From Patescibacteria group bacterium (lineage in GTDB: Bacteria > Patescibacteriota > Saccharimonadia > Saccharimonadales > JANWIN01), in the NCBI GenBank assembly GCA_035480855.1, contig DATIHJ010000019.1:16096-80095 (forward strand): 64,000 nucleotides of DNA. Direction: 5' to 3'. Positions 1 to 9,583 of the stretch are shown here, in pieces. Within the stretch, counting starts at the first letter, position 1; the number at the start of each line of letters is the position of its first letter. Under the pieces are notes generated by a model that saw nothing but the letters and a program-made list of their open reading frames with translations, did not search any database and was not told the origin of the DNA. The position numbers and the translations under genes are program-made.

Positions 1-35
1 TCAAAATGACCCAAAAAACACAACATATAGTAGGA

Positions 36-65
36 TTGACACAAGCATAAACACTAGGATAAACT
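36..65 (+). promoter_or_regulatory. Putative sigma70-type promoter of the glutaredoxin-like gene (TTGACA-18 nt-TAAACT)
   Basis: TTGACA at 36-41 and TAAACT at 60-65. A GAGGG Shine-Dalgarno lies about 8 nt before the ATG at 128. Confidence 0.4.
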
Positions 66-127
66 GTATGGAGATACGGAATATCGACAAAACAAATAAA
101 AATTTAACAGCCAACGAGGGTATATAA

Positions 128-376
128 ATGACCAAAAAGATTACTATTTTCACCACTAACACCTGTGCCTACTGCGGTATGGTCAAGAAATTTCTTGACG
201 CCAAAGGCCACAAATACGAGGTAGTAAATCTAGACGAAAACCCTGAGCGCCAGGAAGAAGCTATGCGTGTTAGCGGTGCCCTGACGGTGCCAGTAACTGT
301 AGTTACCAAGCAGGACGACAGTCAAGAAGTGATCGTAGGCTTCAACTTGTCTAGACTAGCGCCAGCTGTCGCTTAA
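128..376 (+). CDS. Glutaredoxin-like / NrdH-like small redoxin
   Basis: 82 aa. It has an N-terminal CAYC (CxxC) redox motif after a beta-strand (ITIFTTNTCAYC) and a TVP cis-Pro motif. It sits directly upstream of trxB. Confidence 0.75.
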   Translation: MTKKITIFTTNTCAYCGMVKKFLDAKGHKYEVVNLDENPERQEEAMRVSGALTVPVTVVTKQDDSQEVIVGFNLSRLAPAVA

Positions 377-420
377 TTAGCGCCCAACATGTATGCTCGT
401 TTGCTTTTGATCGGGCATCT

Positions 421-463
421 ATCGCAATTGATATTTTGCGATTAGTTATTGCAGAGATAGAAT
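421..463 (+). promoter_or_regulatory. Inverted repeat overlapping a putative trxB promoter
   Basis: ATCGCAA (421-427) and TTGCGAT (436-442) form a 7-bp inverted repeat. TTGCGA (436-441) plus a 16-nt spacer plus TAGAAT (458-463) follows, with the ATG at 476. Confidence 0.35.
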
Positions 464-475
464 AGAGAGACATTT

Positions 476-1456
476 ATGAGTGATATACAAACAAGAGAAG
501 CAAAGTTATGGGATACCGTGACTATTGGTGCCGGGCCAGCGGCGCTTAGCGCTGCCATTTATACTACACGCGAAGACATCAGCACGCTTTTGCTAGATAA
601 AGGTCCTGTTGGCGGACTAGCAGCTGTTACCGATTGGATAGATAACTATCCAGGTTTTCCTAAAGGCATTGCTGGGCTTGAGCTTTCAGATCTTTTACAA
701 AAACAGGCTGAGCGGTTTGGTGCCGAGTTTGACTTTGGTGAGGTAAAGCAGATTGTTGATGAGGGCGATCATAAGAGGCTCAAGACAGATGGCGATGACG
801 TTATTGCCAAGACAGTACTGATAGCCACAGGTAGTGATTATAAAAAAATTGGCGTGCCTGGCGAAAAAGAATATTACGCCCGTGGAGTGCATTATTGTGC
901 TACCTGCGACGGTGCCTTTTATCGTGATAAAAAGCTGGTGGTAGTAGGTGGAGGTAACTCTGCTGTGCAGGAAGCTCTCTTCCTGACCCGCTATGCCAGC
1001 CATATAGACATGCTGGTACGCAGTAAAGTTAAGGCCAGTGACGTATTGCAGCGCGAACTCACCAAAAACCCGAAGATTACAGTGCATTTGGGCGTCACAA
1101 CAGATGAAATAGTGGGCGATAAACCAGTCCCAGAGGGTGGTAAGGTGCTAAAAGTAGTGGGTACAGATGCTGCCACCGGCAAGAAAGTGGAATTTCCAAC
1201 TGACGGTGTGTTTGTATTTGTTGGACTGGCTCCAAATACAGGGTTTGTTAAAGACTCCTTGATTGAACTAGACGAAATCGGATTTATAAAAACGGATAGT
1301 GGACTGCAAACCCCTATACCAGGTGTGTTTGCCGCCGGCGATGTGCGCAGCGGCGCAACTATGCAAATTGCCACTGCAGCTGGCGAAGGAGCCACAGCTG
1401 CCCTAATGATCCGTTATTACCTAGAAAATATGGAACGCAGCAAAATCGGCGCATAA
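476..1456 (+). CDS. trxB: Thioredoxin-disulfide reductase
   Basis: 326 aa. It has the redox-active CATCDG motif, the GxGxxA FAD motif (GAGPAALSAA) and the second dinucleotide motif GGGNSA. Confidence 0.92.
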   Translation: MSDIQTREAKLWDTVTIGAGPAALSAAIYTTREDISTLLLDKGPVGGLAAVTDWIDNYPGFPKGIAGLELSDLLQKQAERFGAEFDFGEVKQIVDEGDHKRLKTDGDDVIAKTVLIATGSDYKKIGVPGEKEYYARGVHYCATCDGAFYRDKKLVVVGGGNSAVQEALFLTRYASHIDMLVRSKVKASDVLQRELTKNPKITVHLGVTTDEIVGDKPVPEGGKVLKVVGTDAATGKKVEFPTDGVFVFVGLAPNTGFVKDSLIELDEIGFIKTDSGLQTPIPGVFAAGDVRSGATMQIATAAGEGATAALMIRYYLENMERSKIGA

Positions 1457-1461
1457 ATGGG

Positions 1462-2175
1462 CTATTTGAGGTCGGAGGTGTAGCCAGGGAAGTAGTCGAA
1501 GATTAGTTGGGATTTTTTAACACCGTGCTTTTGCAGATCTTCCTCTAGTGCTTCTACCATGGGCTCGGGACCTGATACGTATATTCGTTTACTACCTGGT
1601 TCGCCAGTTAGCTCCAAGATTTTTTCTGCACTTAACTTGCCAGTTTCGCCCGTCCAACTACCATCAGGCTCAGCAACGATTTGTATAACCTCTGCGCCGT
1701 AGTCTTTAAACAGATCCACAAATACAAAATCCTCAGGCTTATTTGCTGCCAGAAGTACTTGAATTTGACGCTTTTCACCTGTATCACTGAGCCATTTGAC
1801 CATGCTGTGAAATGGTGTGAGCCCTATGCCGCCGGCTATGAATAAGAGCGGAATTGACTTGTCTTTTGGTAACACAAAATCACCCATGGGCTCCACGATT
1901 TGTAGCTTTTTGCCAGGCCTAAAAGCAAACAAGTGTTTTTTAAAAGTGCTGCTTTTTTGTTCGGCAAATTTGGTGGTAATACTAATAAGTTTATCCGTAG
2001 GGCTGGATGAGAGTGTAAACCAGTGCTTTATACCGCGCTCATCAGGGTGGTCGTGCGGAATATATAGTTCTATAAATTGCCCGGCGGTATAGCTAATATT
2101 CTGTGCAGGTTTGAACCAAAATGTACGTATATGCGAGTTTTCTTGGTGTGTACGCTCCAAGGTAATGTCTATCAT
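1462..2175 (-). CDS. FNR-like FAD/NAD(P)-binding oxidoreductase (ferredoxin-NADP reductase family)
   Basis: 237 aa. It carries an RxYS-like FAD motif (HWFTLSSSP), GGIGLTP, and a C-terminal YVSGPEPM NAD(P)-binding motif. Confidence 0.7.
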   Translation of the reverse strand: MIDITLERTHQENSHIRTFWFKPAQNISYTAGQFIELYIPHDHPDERGIKHWFTLSSSPTDKLISITTKFAEQKSSTFKKHLFAFRPGKKLQIVEPMGDFVLPKDKSIPLLFIAGGIGLTPFHSMVKWLSDTGEKRQIQVLLAANKPEDFVFVDLFKDYGAEVIQIVAEPDGSWTGETGKLSAEKILELTGEPGSKRIYVSGPEPMVEALEEDLQKHGVKKSQLIFDYFPGYTSDLK

Positions 2176-2245
2176 CTACGGCCCTCCTAGTGATAGATAG
2201 TGTACAATATAACAGAGCAAAATATCTATTATCGAAAGGACACAT

Positions 2246-2773
2246 ATGCCAGATTTCAACAAAGTGTTGACACCAGGAGACTACCAAAACGGAAAGGTAA
2301 CCACGGTTGTAGAAATTCCAGAAGGTTCTATGCTCAAGATAGAATGGGACCGTAAAACCGCCTCGTTTATGCTGGACCGTGTAGAACCAGCCATATTTGC
2401 TAAGCCATGCAACTATGGCTTTATTCCTGGCACACTTGATGAGGATGGTGATGAGCTTGATACATTAGTTGTAACGAAAGAACCTATACCAACTGGTGTA
2501 TGGCTTGAAGGCAAGATTGTGGGTGTGCTTAATTTTGAAGATGACGGCGAAATGGACCACAAGATTGTAGTTGTGCCGGCTGATGAGCGTAACACTGGCG
2601 ATAGTGTAAATACTTTGGATGATTTGGGTAATCGCTGGAAACAGAAGATAGAGCATCACTTTAGCCACTACAAAGACCTAAAGAAACCTGGCAGTACAAA
2701 AGTACTAGGTTGGGGTAGTACAGAGGACGCCAAAAAAATCATTGTCGAATGTGTTGAACGATATACCAAGTAG
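2246..2773 (+). CDS. ppa: Inorganic pyrophosphatase (family I)
   Basis: 175 aa. It has the DEDGDELD acidic metal-binding cluster and the typical family I length and motif order. Confidence 0.9.
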   Translation: MPDFNKVLTPGDYQNGKVTTVVEIPEGSMLKIEWDRKTASFMLDRVEPAIFAKPCNYGFIPGTLDEDGDELDTLVVTKEPIPTGVWLEGKIVGVLNFEDDGEMDHKIVVVPADERNTGDSVNTLDDLGNRWKQKIEHHFSHYKDLKKPGSTKVLGWGSTEDAKKIIVECVERYTK

Positions 2774-2776
2774 TAC

Positions 2777-3544
2777 ATGGGCATTACTGAAGATTATCTA
2801 AAGCAGGCAGAAAAATTACTTTTTTCTGTGTTTAAAGATGAGCGGCCGCAGCTTTTAAGTGCATTTGGAAACGCAGAACACGATCTAAAAGAGGACAACA
2901 CAGTTGTGACCAAAATGGACAAAAATATGGAGAAATCCATTAGAACTGTGCTGCGTAAATTTGACCGGGGAGTTGGTATAGAGGGCGAAGAACTAGGTAT
3001 TGAGGGCAGCCGAAAAACTTTCTGGCTGGTTGATCCTATAGACGGCACAGAAGCGTTTATACGTGGTTTGCCAGATCCTAGAAATATGGCAACGTTGATA
3101 GATAATGGTGAGCCGGTTTTTTGCATAGTTTATAAGTTCGTAACAGACGAGTTGTTTATTGCTCGCAAGGGGAAAGGTGCCACCAGAAACGGACAGCCCA
3201 TCCAAGTGAGCGACAGGCCACTTAATAGATCATGGATAGAGTACGGTACAGATTTAATGGACCCCAAGTCTGCTAAGAGATATTTGGCTCTCAGACCCCA
3301 CGTTAATACCTATACGATCATGAAAGACTTTACACCAATTGCTATCGGTGGTTACGAAGGAGGTATATGGGATCAACATAATGGCGGGCCGTGGGACTAT
3401 GCGCCAAGGGCACTACTCATAAAGGAGGCTGGAGGAGTGGTGGCCAATGTTGGTTCAGATAAATACGATTATAAAATCATAAACCTTATCGCTACTAATG
3501 CACGGATATTTGATGAGCTCCATAAATTATATAAAGAAAATTAA
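2777..3544 (+). CDS. Inositol monophosphatase family phosphatase (IMPase/FBPase-like)
   Basis: 255 aa. It contains WLVDPIDGTEAFIRG (the IMPase signature DPIDGT) and WDYAP near the C-terminus. Confidence 0.8.
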   Translation: MGITEDYLKQAEKLLFSVFKDERPQLLSAFGNAEHDLKEDNTVVTKMDKNMEKSIRTVLRKFDRGVGIEGEELGIEGSRKTFWLVDPIDGTEAFIRGLPDPRNMATLIDNGEPVFCIVYKFVTDELFIARKGKGATRNGQPIQVSDRPLNRSWIEYGTDLMDPKSAKRYLALRPHVNTYTIMKDFTPIAIGGYEGGIWDQHNGGPWDYAPRALLIKEAGGVVANVGSDKYDYKIINLIATNARIFDELHKLYKEN

Positions 3545-3556
3545 GGCGTAAATTAA

Positions 3557-4150
3557 GTGAAAAAAGTAATACCAAAAAATGCAATCCTTGTCCCAGATAA
3601 TGCAAAACTGGCATTTAAGGGACAGATTTTTGATGTTTACCAATGGCCGCAGAAACTATTTGATGGTACGAATGCGACATTTGAACTACTAAAGCGCCCA
3701 GATACAGTACAAATAATTGCAATTAAAAATGGCAAACTCATTTTGGTCAACGATGAACAGCCAGGCCGATCTGCTCGATTGCACTTTCCTGGCGGAAGAG
3801 CCGATGAAACGGATGATTCATGGGAAACTGCTGCAAGACGCGAACTGCTAGAAGAAACAGGACTTAGTTTCAAAATCTGGAAGTTAATAAATGTAAGCCA
3901 GCCGATCCCTAAAATGGAATGGTTTGTACCTTGGTATTTGGCAACAGAACTAGAAGCTGAGCAAAAGCAAAATCTGGACGCTGGAGAAAAAATTGAAGTT
4001 AAGGAAGTGGATTTTAATACTGTCCTAAAGATGATAATAGACGGTCACGAACAGACAATGAGCTACGCCATGCCCATATTTTCAAAGTTAAAAAGTATAG
4101 AGGAACTTTTAGGCATGACGGAGTTTACGGGACGTGAGGTAGATAAATAA
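3557..4150 (+). CDS. NUDIX hydrolase
   Basis: 197 aa with a GTG start. The Nudix box is slightly non-canonical in its N-terminal half: GGRADETDDSWETAARRELLEETGL (REUxEExGU is present). Confidence 0.75.
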   Translation: MKKVIPKNAILVPDNAKLAFKGQIFDVYQWPQKLFDGTNATFELLKRPDTVQIIAIKNGKLILVNDEQPGRSARLHFPGGRADETDDSWETAARRELLEETGLSFKIWKLINVSQPIPKMEWFVPWYLATELEAEQKQNLDAGEKIEVKEVDFNTVLKMIIDGHEQTMSYAMPIFSKLKSIEELLGMTEFTGREVDK

Positions 4151-4151
4151 A

Positions 4152-4180
4152 TTGATTTACTACCACAAATATTATATAAT
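4152..4180 (+). promoter_or_regulatory. Near-consensus promoter placed for a leaderless transcript (TTGATT-17 nt-TATAAT-6 nt-ATG)
   Basis: TTGATT at 4152-4157, a 17-nt spacer, and TATAAT at 4175-4180. The ATG at 4187 is 6 nt downstream and there is no Shine-Dalgarno. Confidence 0.55.
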
Positions 4181-4186
4181 CTATTT

Positions 4187-4504
4187 ATGACTCCTGAATT
4201 TGACCAACCAACAAGTGCAGAACTTAGCGTTGTGCGATCTAATAGAGAGGCGCTTTTGACAGTCGGCGCTGAAGTTGCGCAACGTTTACTTGAATTTTTC
4301 CCTATAGATCCTGAGACAGGAAGAGCTGCCCAAATCCCTGTTGATACTTTTGGAAGCTATAATGCCCAAGAAACTTTAGAAGGATTAGATCTTCTAGAGG
4401 CACTGGGAGGGTCCAATGCATTGGCGGGATTGCACATTGATAGAACTCAATTGCATGATGCACGAACTGCTTTGCTTGTACTTGTAAACACAGATAATTC
4501 TTAA
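4187..4504 (+). CDS. Hypothetical protein (acidic, 105 aa)
   Basis: Called from the ORF alone. It has its own strong promoter and I recognised no motif. Confidence 0.45.
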   Translation: MTPEFDQPTSAELSVVRSNREALLTVGAEVAQRLLEFFPIDPETGRAAQIPVDTFGSYNAQETLEGLDLLEALGGSNALAGLHIDRTQLHDARTALLVLVNTDNS

Positions 4505-4587
4505 TAGCTATTTCACCTTGCGGTAAGGGGGGATTAACTATACAATTGACTTGAAATTACTAACGCTTAAAAACGAGGGTAAAATAG

Positions 4588-5628
4588 ATGAAAACACGGG
4601 TGGCCATTAATGGGTTTGGACGGATAGGCCGTAATGCCTTCAAGATTGCGTTTGACCGCTCAGACCTTGAAATAGTAGCAATTAACGATTTAACAGATAC
4701 AAAAACTCTGGCATACCTACTTAAGCATGACAGCAACTACGGGGAGTACGATAAAAAAGTCAGTTTTGATGATCAAAACATCATAGTAGCCGATAAAAAG
4801 GTTAAAGTACTGGCCGAAAAAGACCCTGCTGCGCTCCCGTGGAAAGAGATGAAAGTAGACCTGGTGATAGAATCCACTGGTCGCTTTACAGATAAAGAAG
4901 GTGCAGAACTGCACATAAAGGCTGGTGCTCAGCGTGTAGTGATATCTGGTCCTACCAAAAGTGATGGCGTAGACACCATTGTGCTTGGAGCCAACGATGA
5001 CAAGCTAGAGGGCGCCAGCAAAGTTATAAGTAATGCTAGTTGTACCACCAATTCGCTTGGTGCCGTTATGGCTATCCTAGATGCCGAGTTTGGAGTTGAG
5101 AAATCTTTGCTAACTACAGTACACAGTTATACTGCTAGTCAGGCGCTGCAAGACGCACCAAACAAGGACCTTCGCGAAGGCCGCAATGCTGCCGAAAATA
5201 TTGTACCGACCACCACTGGTGCAGCAATTGCTGTAACACTTACGCTGCCACAACTAAAAGACAAGTTTGATGGCCTTAGTATCAGGGTACCCACCCCAGT
5301 AGTTTCCATTAGCGATGTTACCGCTGTACTAAAGCGTAGTACAACAGTTGAGGAACTAAACGCTGCTTTTAAAAAAGCTTCAAAAGAGACATTCTATCAA
5401 GGTGTTCTAGGTGTTAGTGAGGAGCCTCTTGTTAGCAGCGATTACATAGGTAACAGCCACTCAGGAATTGTTGATCTACTACTAACCAAAGTAGTAGACG
5501 GTAATCTAGTAAAAGTCATGGTCTGGTACGACAATGAATGGGGTTACAGCAACCGCCTGGTAGAAGTTGTGGCCGATACTGGCAGGCTGCTTCATAAAGC
5601 AGAGGACCACAGCCAGGCACACGAGTAG
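4588..5628 (+). CDS. gap: Glyceraldehyde-3-phosphate dehydrogenase
   Basis: 346 aa. It has NGFGRIGR NAD binding, the active-site SNASCTTN motif and WYDNEWGYS. Confidence 0.95.
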   Translation: MKTRVAINGFGRIGRNAFKIAFDRSDLEIVAINDLTDTKTLAYLLKHDSNYGEYDKKVSFDDQNIIVADKKVKVLAEKDPAALPWKEMKVDLVIESTGRFTDKEGAELHIKAGAQRVVISGPTKSDGVDTIVLGANDDKLEGASKVISNASCTTNSLGAVMAILDAEFGVEKSLLTTVHSYTASQALQDAPNKDLREGRNAAENIVPTTTGAAIAVTLTLPQLKDKFDGLSIRVPTPVVSISDVTAVLKRSTTVEELNAAFKKASKETFYQGVLGVSEEPLVSSDYIGNSHSGIVDLLLTKVVDGNLVKVMVWYDNEWGYSNRLVEVVADTGRLLHKAEDHSQAHE

Positions 5629-5631
5629 CCG

Positions 5632-6084
5632 ATGAAGATTTATATTGGAGCAGACCACGGAGGCTTTAACCTGAGGGAGAGGCTCATAACATATCTGAGC
5701 GATCATAAATACGAGGTTGAGGATGAGGGTGACAAAGAGCTTAACCCAGACGACGATTACCCTCAATTTGCAGCTAAAGTAGCCGGCCAAGTACTAGCTA
5801 GCCAGGATCCTGACCCGCGCGGTATATTAATTTGCAAAGGTGCCCAGGGAATGAGCATGGCTGCAAACCGTTTTAAAGGTATTCGTGCCGCTGTTGTCTG
5901 GAATGCACACGAAGCAGAAATGACGCGTAATGATAACGACAGCAATGTACTATGCCTGACAGCCAGGCTGTTTGATAACGACCCAGCCATGGCAGAGACA
6001 ATTGTAGATTTATGGCTAACGACACCTTTTAGCCGAGCTCCTCGCCATGCCCGCCGCATACAAGAAATTGACCAACTGACTTAG
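5632..6084 (+). CDS. rpiB: Ribose-5-phosphate isomerase B
   Basis: 150 aa in the RpiB/LacAB family. The pattern is GADHGG ... ILICKGAQGMSMAANR ... NDSNVLCL. Confidence 0.88.
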   Translation: MKIYIGADHGGFNLRERLITYLSDHKYEVEDEGDKELNPDDDYPQFAAKVAGQVLASQDPDPRGILICKGAQGMSMAANRFKGIRAAVVWNAHEAEMTRNDNDSNVLCLTARLFDNDPAMAETIVDLWLTTPFSRAPRHARRIQEIDQLT

Positions 6085-6100
6085 AAGGGCTTGATAGAAT

Positions 6101-6748
6101 ATGGCAATAATTTGTCCAACAGTTACCGCCACAAACGAAAAGGAATATGCCGAGCAACTGCATAAGGTAGTACCTCTTTCGAGCCGACTTCATCTGGACT
6201 TTACGGATGGCAAATTTGCACCTACGCAGTCTCCTCCACTCGATAAAGCCTGGTGGCCGGCTGGAATTAACGTAGATCTGCATATTATGTATAAGCAGCC
6301 CCAGGAGTACCTCAAAACAATTTTTAAACTCATGCCAAGACTAGTCATTGTGCACGCAGAAGCCGAAGGTAGTTTTTATAACCTAGCCGAGCAATTAAAA
6401 GCTCATGGTATCAAAGTTGGGCTGGCTTTGCTTAAGCAAACAGCTGTAACCCAAATTGAGTCCGTTTTGGCAGATCTAGACCATGTACTGATCTTTAGTG
6501 GTGATTTGGGCCACTTTGGAGGTACAGTGAACTTGGGGCTATTAGATAAAGTACGAGATATTAAGAACGCAAACCCAAAGATAGAAATTGGCTGGGACGG
6601 GGGCATAAATGACCGTAATGCTGCGTCTCTTATCAAGGGTGGCGTGGATGTTTTAAACGTAGGTGGTTACATACACAACGCAGCCAATCCTGTTCACGCT
6701 TATGCTACACTTAAAGAGATAGCACAAAAAAGCAAACAGATGCCATGA
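6101..6748 (+). CDS. Divergent ribulose-phosphate 3-epimerase family protein
   Basis: 215 aa. The Rpe-like motif order is LHLDFTDGKF, VDLHIMY, VIVHAEA, GLALL, SGDLGHFGG, WDGGIN. It is divergent from canonical Rpe. Confidence 0.6.
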   Translation: MAIICPTVTATNEKEYAEQLHKVVPLSSRLHLDFTDGKFAPTQSPPLDKAWWPAGINVDLHIMYKQPQEYLKTIFKLMPRLVIVHAEAEGSFYNLAEQLKAHGIKVGLALLKQTAVTQIESVLADLDHVLIFSGDLGHFGGTVNLGLLDKVRDIKNANPKIEIGWDGGINDRNAASLIKGGVDVLNVGGYIHNAANPVHAYATLKEIAQKSKQMP

Positions 6749-7599
6749 AGAAGCTAGATATAAAAGAACTTGAGCTCAAAGCTAACGAAATCCGGCAGGA
6801 TATTATCAAAATGCTGCTAGAGGCTGGCAGTGGCCACAGCGCCGGGCCGCTAGGACTGGCAGACATCTTTGCTGCCCTTTATTTTGACATTCTAAAACAC
6901 GATCCCAATAAACCCGATTGGGATGAACGGGATATCTTGGTTCTTAGTAACGGGCATTGTGTTCCTGTCCGGTATGCAACAATGGCTAATGCTGGTTACT
7001 TTGACCGAAAAGAGCTTTTGACATTGCGAAAGTTCGGATCACGTTTGCAAGGACATCCAGAACGACAGCGATTGCCTGGTCTAGAAACTACAAGTGGTCC
7101 CCTGGGTTCAGGCCTAAGCCAAGCTGTTGGTATGGCATTGGCACTACGCATGAACAAGCAACAGTTCCGCTGGGTGTATGTAGTAATGAGCGACGGAGAA
7201 CAGGATGAAGGCAACATTTGGGAAGCCGCTATGCTCGCATCTAAGTATCATCTTAATAACATCATTGCAATTACCGATCGTAATAATATTCAGATAGACG
7301 GACCCACCGAGACAGTAATGCCGCTTGAGAACTTAAAAGCTAAATGGGAAGCATTTGGCTGGCATGTGATAGAAATAGATGGCAATAACATAGAGGCCAT
7401 TATTGACGCCTGTGCTATGGGTAGGGCAATTGTGGAGAAACCGATTATGATAATTGCCCATACAGTTCCGGGTAAGGGTGTGGACTTTATGGAATACGAC
7501 TTCCATTGGCACGGGGCTCCACCCAATGCTGAGCAAGCCAAAAAAGCTCTACATGAACTTCGCACTTTGCAGGGAAGAATCAGGAGTGAACATGAGTGA
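6745..7599 (+). CDS. Transketolase, N-terminal (TPP-binding) subunit
   Basis: 284 aa with GSGHSAGPLG, GHP, and GPLGSG ... DGEQDEGN. Its 4-nt overlap with the upstream gene indicates coupling. Confidence 0.92.
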   Translation: MKKLDIKELELKANEIRQDIIKMLLEAGSGHSAGPLGLADIFAALYFDILKHDPNKPDWDERDILVLSNGHCVPVRYATMANAGYFDRKELLTLRKFGSRLQGHPERQRLPGLETTSGPLGSGLSQAVGMALALRMNKQQFRWVYVVMSDGEQDEGNIWEAAMLASKYHLNNIIAITDRNNIQIDGPTETVMPLENLKAKWEAFGWHVIEIDGNNIEAIIDACAMGRAIVEKPIMIIAHTVPGKGVDFMEYDFHWHGAPPNAEQAKKALHELRTLQGRIRSEHE

Positions 7600-8593
7600 C
7601 ACACACCTAGTAAATGATGTTCTAGCTAAGGATCTAATCCAAGAGGCCATTCGCAAGGGCTTTGGCAGAGGGCTTTTAAAAGCTGGACAGATTGATGATT
7701 CTGTTGTTGCAGCCTGTGCAGATTTGACAGAGTCTACCCAAATGCAGTCATTCAAAGACGAATTCCCAGAGAGATTTATTGAGATTGGCGTGGCAGAACA
7801 AAATCTAGTGACCGTAGGTTCCGGACTAGCTGCAATGGGTAAAATTCCTTTTGTCAGTAGCTATGCCGCGTTCAATCCCGGACGTAACTGGGAGCAAATC
7901 AGAACCACAATTTGCTTAAATAACCAGCCAGTTAAAATTATAGGTTCGCATGCAGGAGTCTCCGTGGGTCCAGATGGCGCTACCCATCAAATGCTAGAAG
8001 ATATAGCCCTTATGAGGGTAATGCCTAATATGATTGTTCTTGCACCAGGAGATAGCCTAGAAGCAGAGAGAGCCACGCTGGCACTTGCTGCAGACAAAGA
8101 ACACCCGTCCTATATGAGATTAGCGCGTGAGGCCACACCTATCTTTACTACACCCAAAACTCCTTTCGCAATTGGCAAAGCTTACGTTTACGCCCCCGGC
8201 GGAGATATAACTATTATTAGCACTGGAGCTATGACTTACCAGGCGCTTGTTGCAGCGGAGAAGCTTTACAAAGACGGTATTGACCTGGAGGTTATTCATT
8301 GTCCAACAATTAAACCATTAGACGCAGTTACCATTTTGCATAGTGTTAAGAAAACTGGAGCTGTCATCACAATTGAAGAAGGCCAGATAAACGGAGGATT
8401 GGGAGGCGCTGTGGCAGAGCTACTTGGCGAGGAGCATCCATCTCCGCTTAAACGTATGGGTATGCATGACCATTTTGGAGAATCTGGTAAGCCGGAAGAG
8501 CTTTTTGAACACTTTGGACTAACCGCCAAACACATAATAATGGCTGCACATGAAATGATGGAACATCATAAATCAGGCGAGAAGAAAGACTAA
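7592..8593 (+). CDS. Transketolase, C-terminal (pyrimidine-binding) subunit
   Basis: I chose the start at 7592 (MSDTHL...), giving an ATGAGTGA overlap with the N-subunit stop. Motifs are IEIGVAEQN and GPDGATHQ. The longer ORF from 7454 overlaps the N subunit. Confidence 0.9.
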   Translation: MSDTHLVNDVLAKDLIQEAIRKGFGRGLLKAGQIDDSVVAACADLTESTQMQSFKDEFPERFIEIGVAEQNLVTVGSGLAAMGKIPFVSSYAAFNPGRNWEQIRTTICLNNQPVKIIGSHAGVSVGPDGATHQMLEDIALMRVMPNMIVLAPGDSLEAERATLALAADKEHPSYMRLAREATPIFTTPKTPFAIGKAYVYAPGGDITIISTGAMTYQALVAAEKLYKDGIDLEVIHCPTIKPLDAVTILHSVKKTGAVITIEEGQINGGLGGAVAELLGEEHPSPLKRMGMHDHFGESGKPEELFEHFGLTAKHIIMAAHEMMEHHKSGEKKD

Positions 8594-8595
8594 TT

Positions 8596-9507
8596 ATGCC
8601 ACTTACTCTTAGGCAAATACGAGAGAACTGTACCAAAGCCCGAGCTACTATGGCCAGAGCTAGGGCAGAACATTTTGCACTAGGGGCCTTTAACCTAGAT
8701 AACCAAGAGACACTGGTAGCTGTAGCTAAGGCGGCCAAGGCTAAAAACGCACCAGTGTTAGTAGAGGTCAGTAAGGGTGAGGTAGATGCCATGGGCCTGG
8801 ATAATGTCCGTGACATGGTAGACAACTATAAGGCGGATTATGGCCTGGAAATGTACATTAATCTAGACCACTCGCCTAGTGTTAAGGATGCCATTGCCGG
8901 CATCGAAGCGGGGTTTGAGTTTATCCACATTGACGTTTCACAGGCCAGCCACGACGCGACGTTAGAGGTTATCATGGCAGAAACAGTCAAGGTAGTGGAG
9001 GCTGCCAAGCTAACCGGAGCGCTAGTAGAAAGTGAGCCACACTATTTTGGTGGCGGATCCAATGTATTTACTCAAAACATAGATTATGAAGAGATCAAAA
9101 AAACGTTTAGTACACCAGAGAGTGCCAAGGCCTTTGTAGAGTCCACCGGTATAGATACTTATGCTGCTGCCATTGGTAATCTGCACGGCAAATATCCAGT
9201 TCCTAAAGTGCTGGATTTAGAGCTTTTACAGCGGGTCAGGGATGCTATAGATTGCAACATTTCGCTTCACGGTGGCAGTGATACACCAGGCCATTATTTT
9301 GTGGATGCGGTGCGGATTGGTGTGAGTAAAATCAATATAAACTCCGACATGCGCTACGCCTACCGTAAAACCCTAGAGCATGTCCTAGCAGAAAACCCTA
9401 CGGAATACGCCGTAGTTAAACTTATGGATAAGGTTATTGAAGCCGTACAAGCAGTAGTGGACAGCAAGATAGACATGTTTAATTCGGCAGGTAAGGCACA
9501 ACCATAA
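8596..9507 (+). CDS. fba: Fructose-bisphosphate aldolase, class II
   Basis: 303 aa with NLDHS, HIDVS, GNLHG and LHGGSDTP, the class II aldolase metal-binding pattern. Confidence 0.85.
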   Translation: MPLTLRQIRENCTKARATMARARAEHFALGAFNLDNQETLVAVAKAAKAKNAPVLVEVSKGEVDAMGLDNVRDMVDNYKADYGLEMYINLDHSPSVKDAIAGIEAGFEFIHIDVSQASHDATLEVIMAETVKVVEAAKLTGALVESEPHYFGGGSNVFTQNIDYEEIKKTFSTPESAKAFVESTGIDTYAAAIGNLHGKYPVPKVLDLELLQRVRDAIDCNISLHGGSDTPGHYFVDAVRIGVSKININSDMRYAYRKTLEHVLAENPTEYAVVKLMDKVIEAVQAVVDSKIDMFNSAGKAQP

Positions 9508-9523
9508 GAGGTTTGCCTTTTTT
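9493..9523 (+). terminator. Rho-independent terminator ending the gap-fba operon
   Basis: The arms AAGGCACAACC and GGTTTGCCTT form a 10-bp stem with one bulged C and a 6-nt loop, followed by a T-run. The stem overlaps the fba stop codon. Confidence 0.7.
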
Positions 9524-9583
9524 GGTAGTCGTATGGGACAATAGCAGAGAATAACGACATAAATTAGACAGGAAAAAGGTGGG

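Noticed and set aside
7454-7591. Longer N-terminal extension of the transketolase C-terminal subunit ORF (start at 7454)
   Set aside because: The extension lies in an alternative frame inside the transketolase N-subunit gene and its translation is non-homologous. The ATG at 7592 gives a canonical N-terminus and an ATGAGTGA stop/start overlap.
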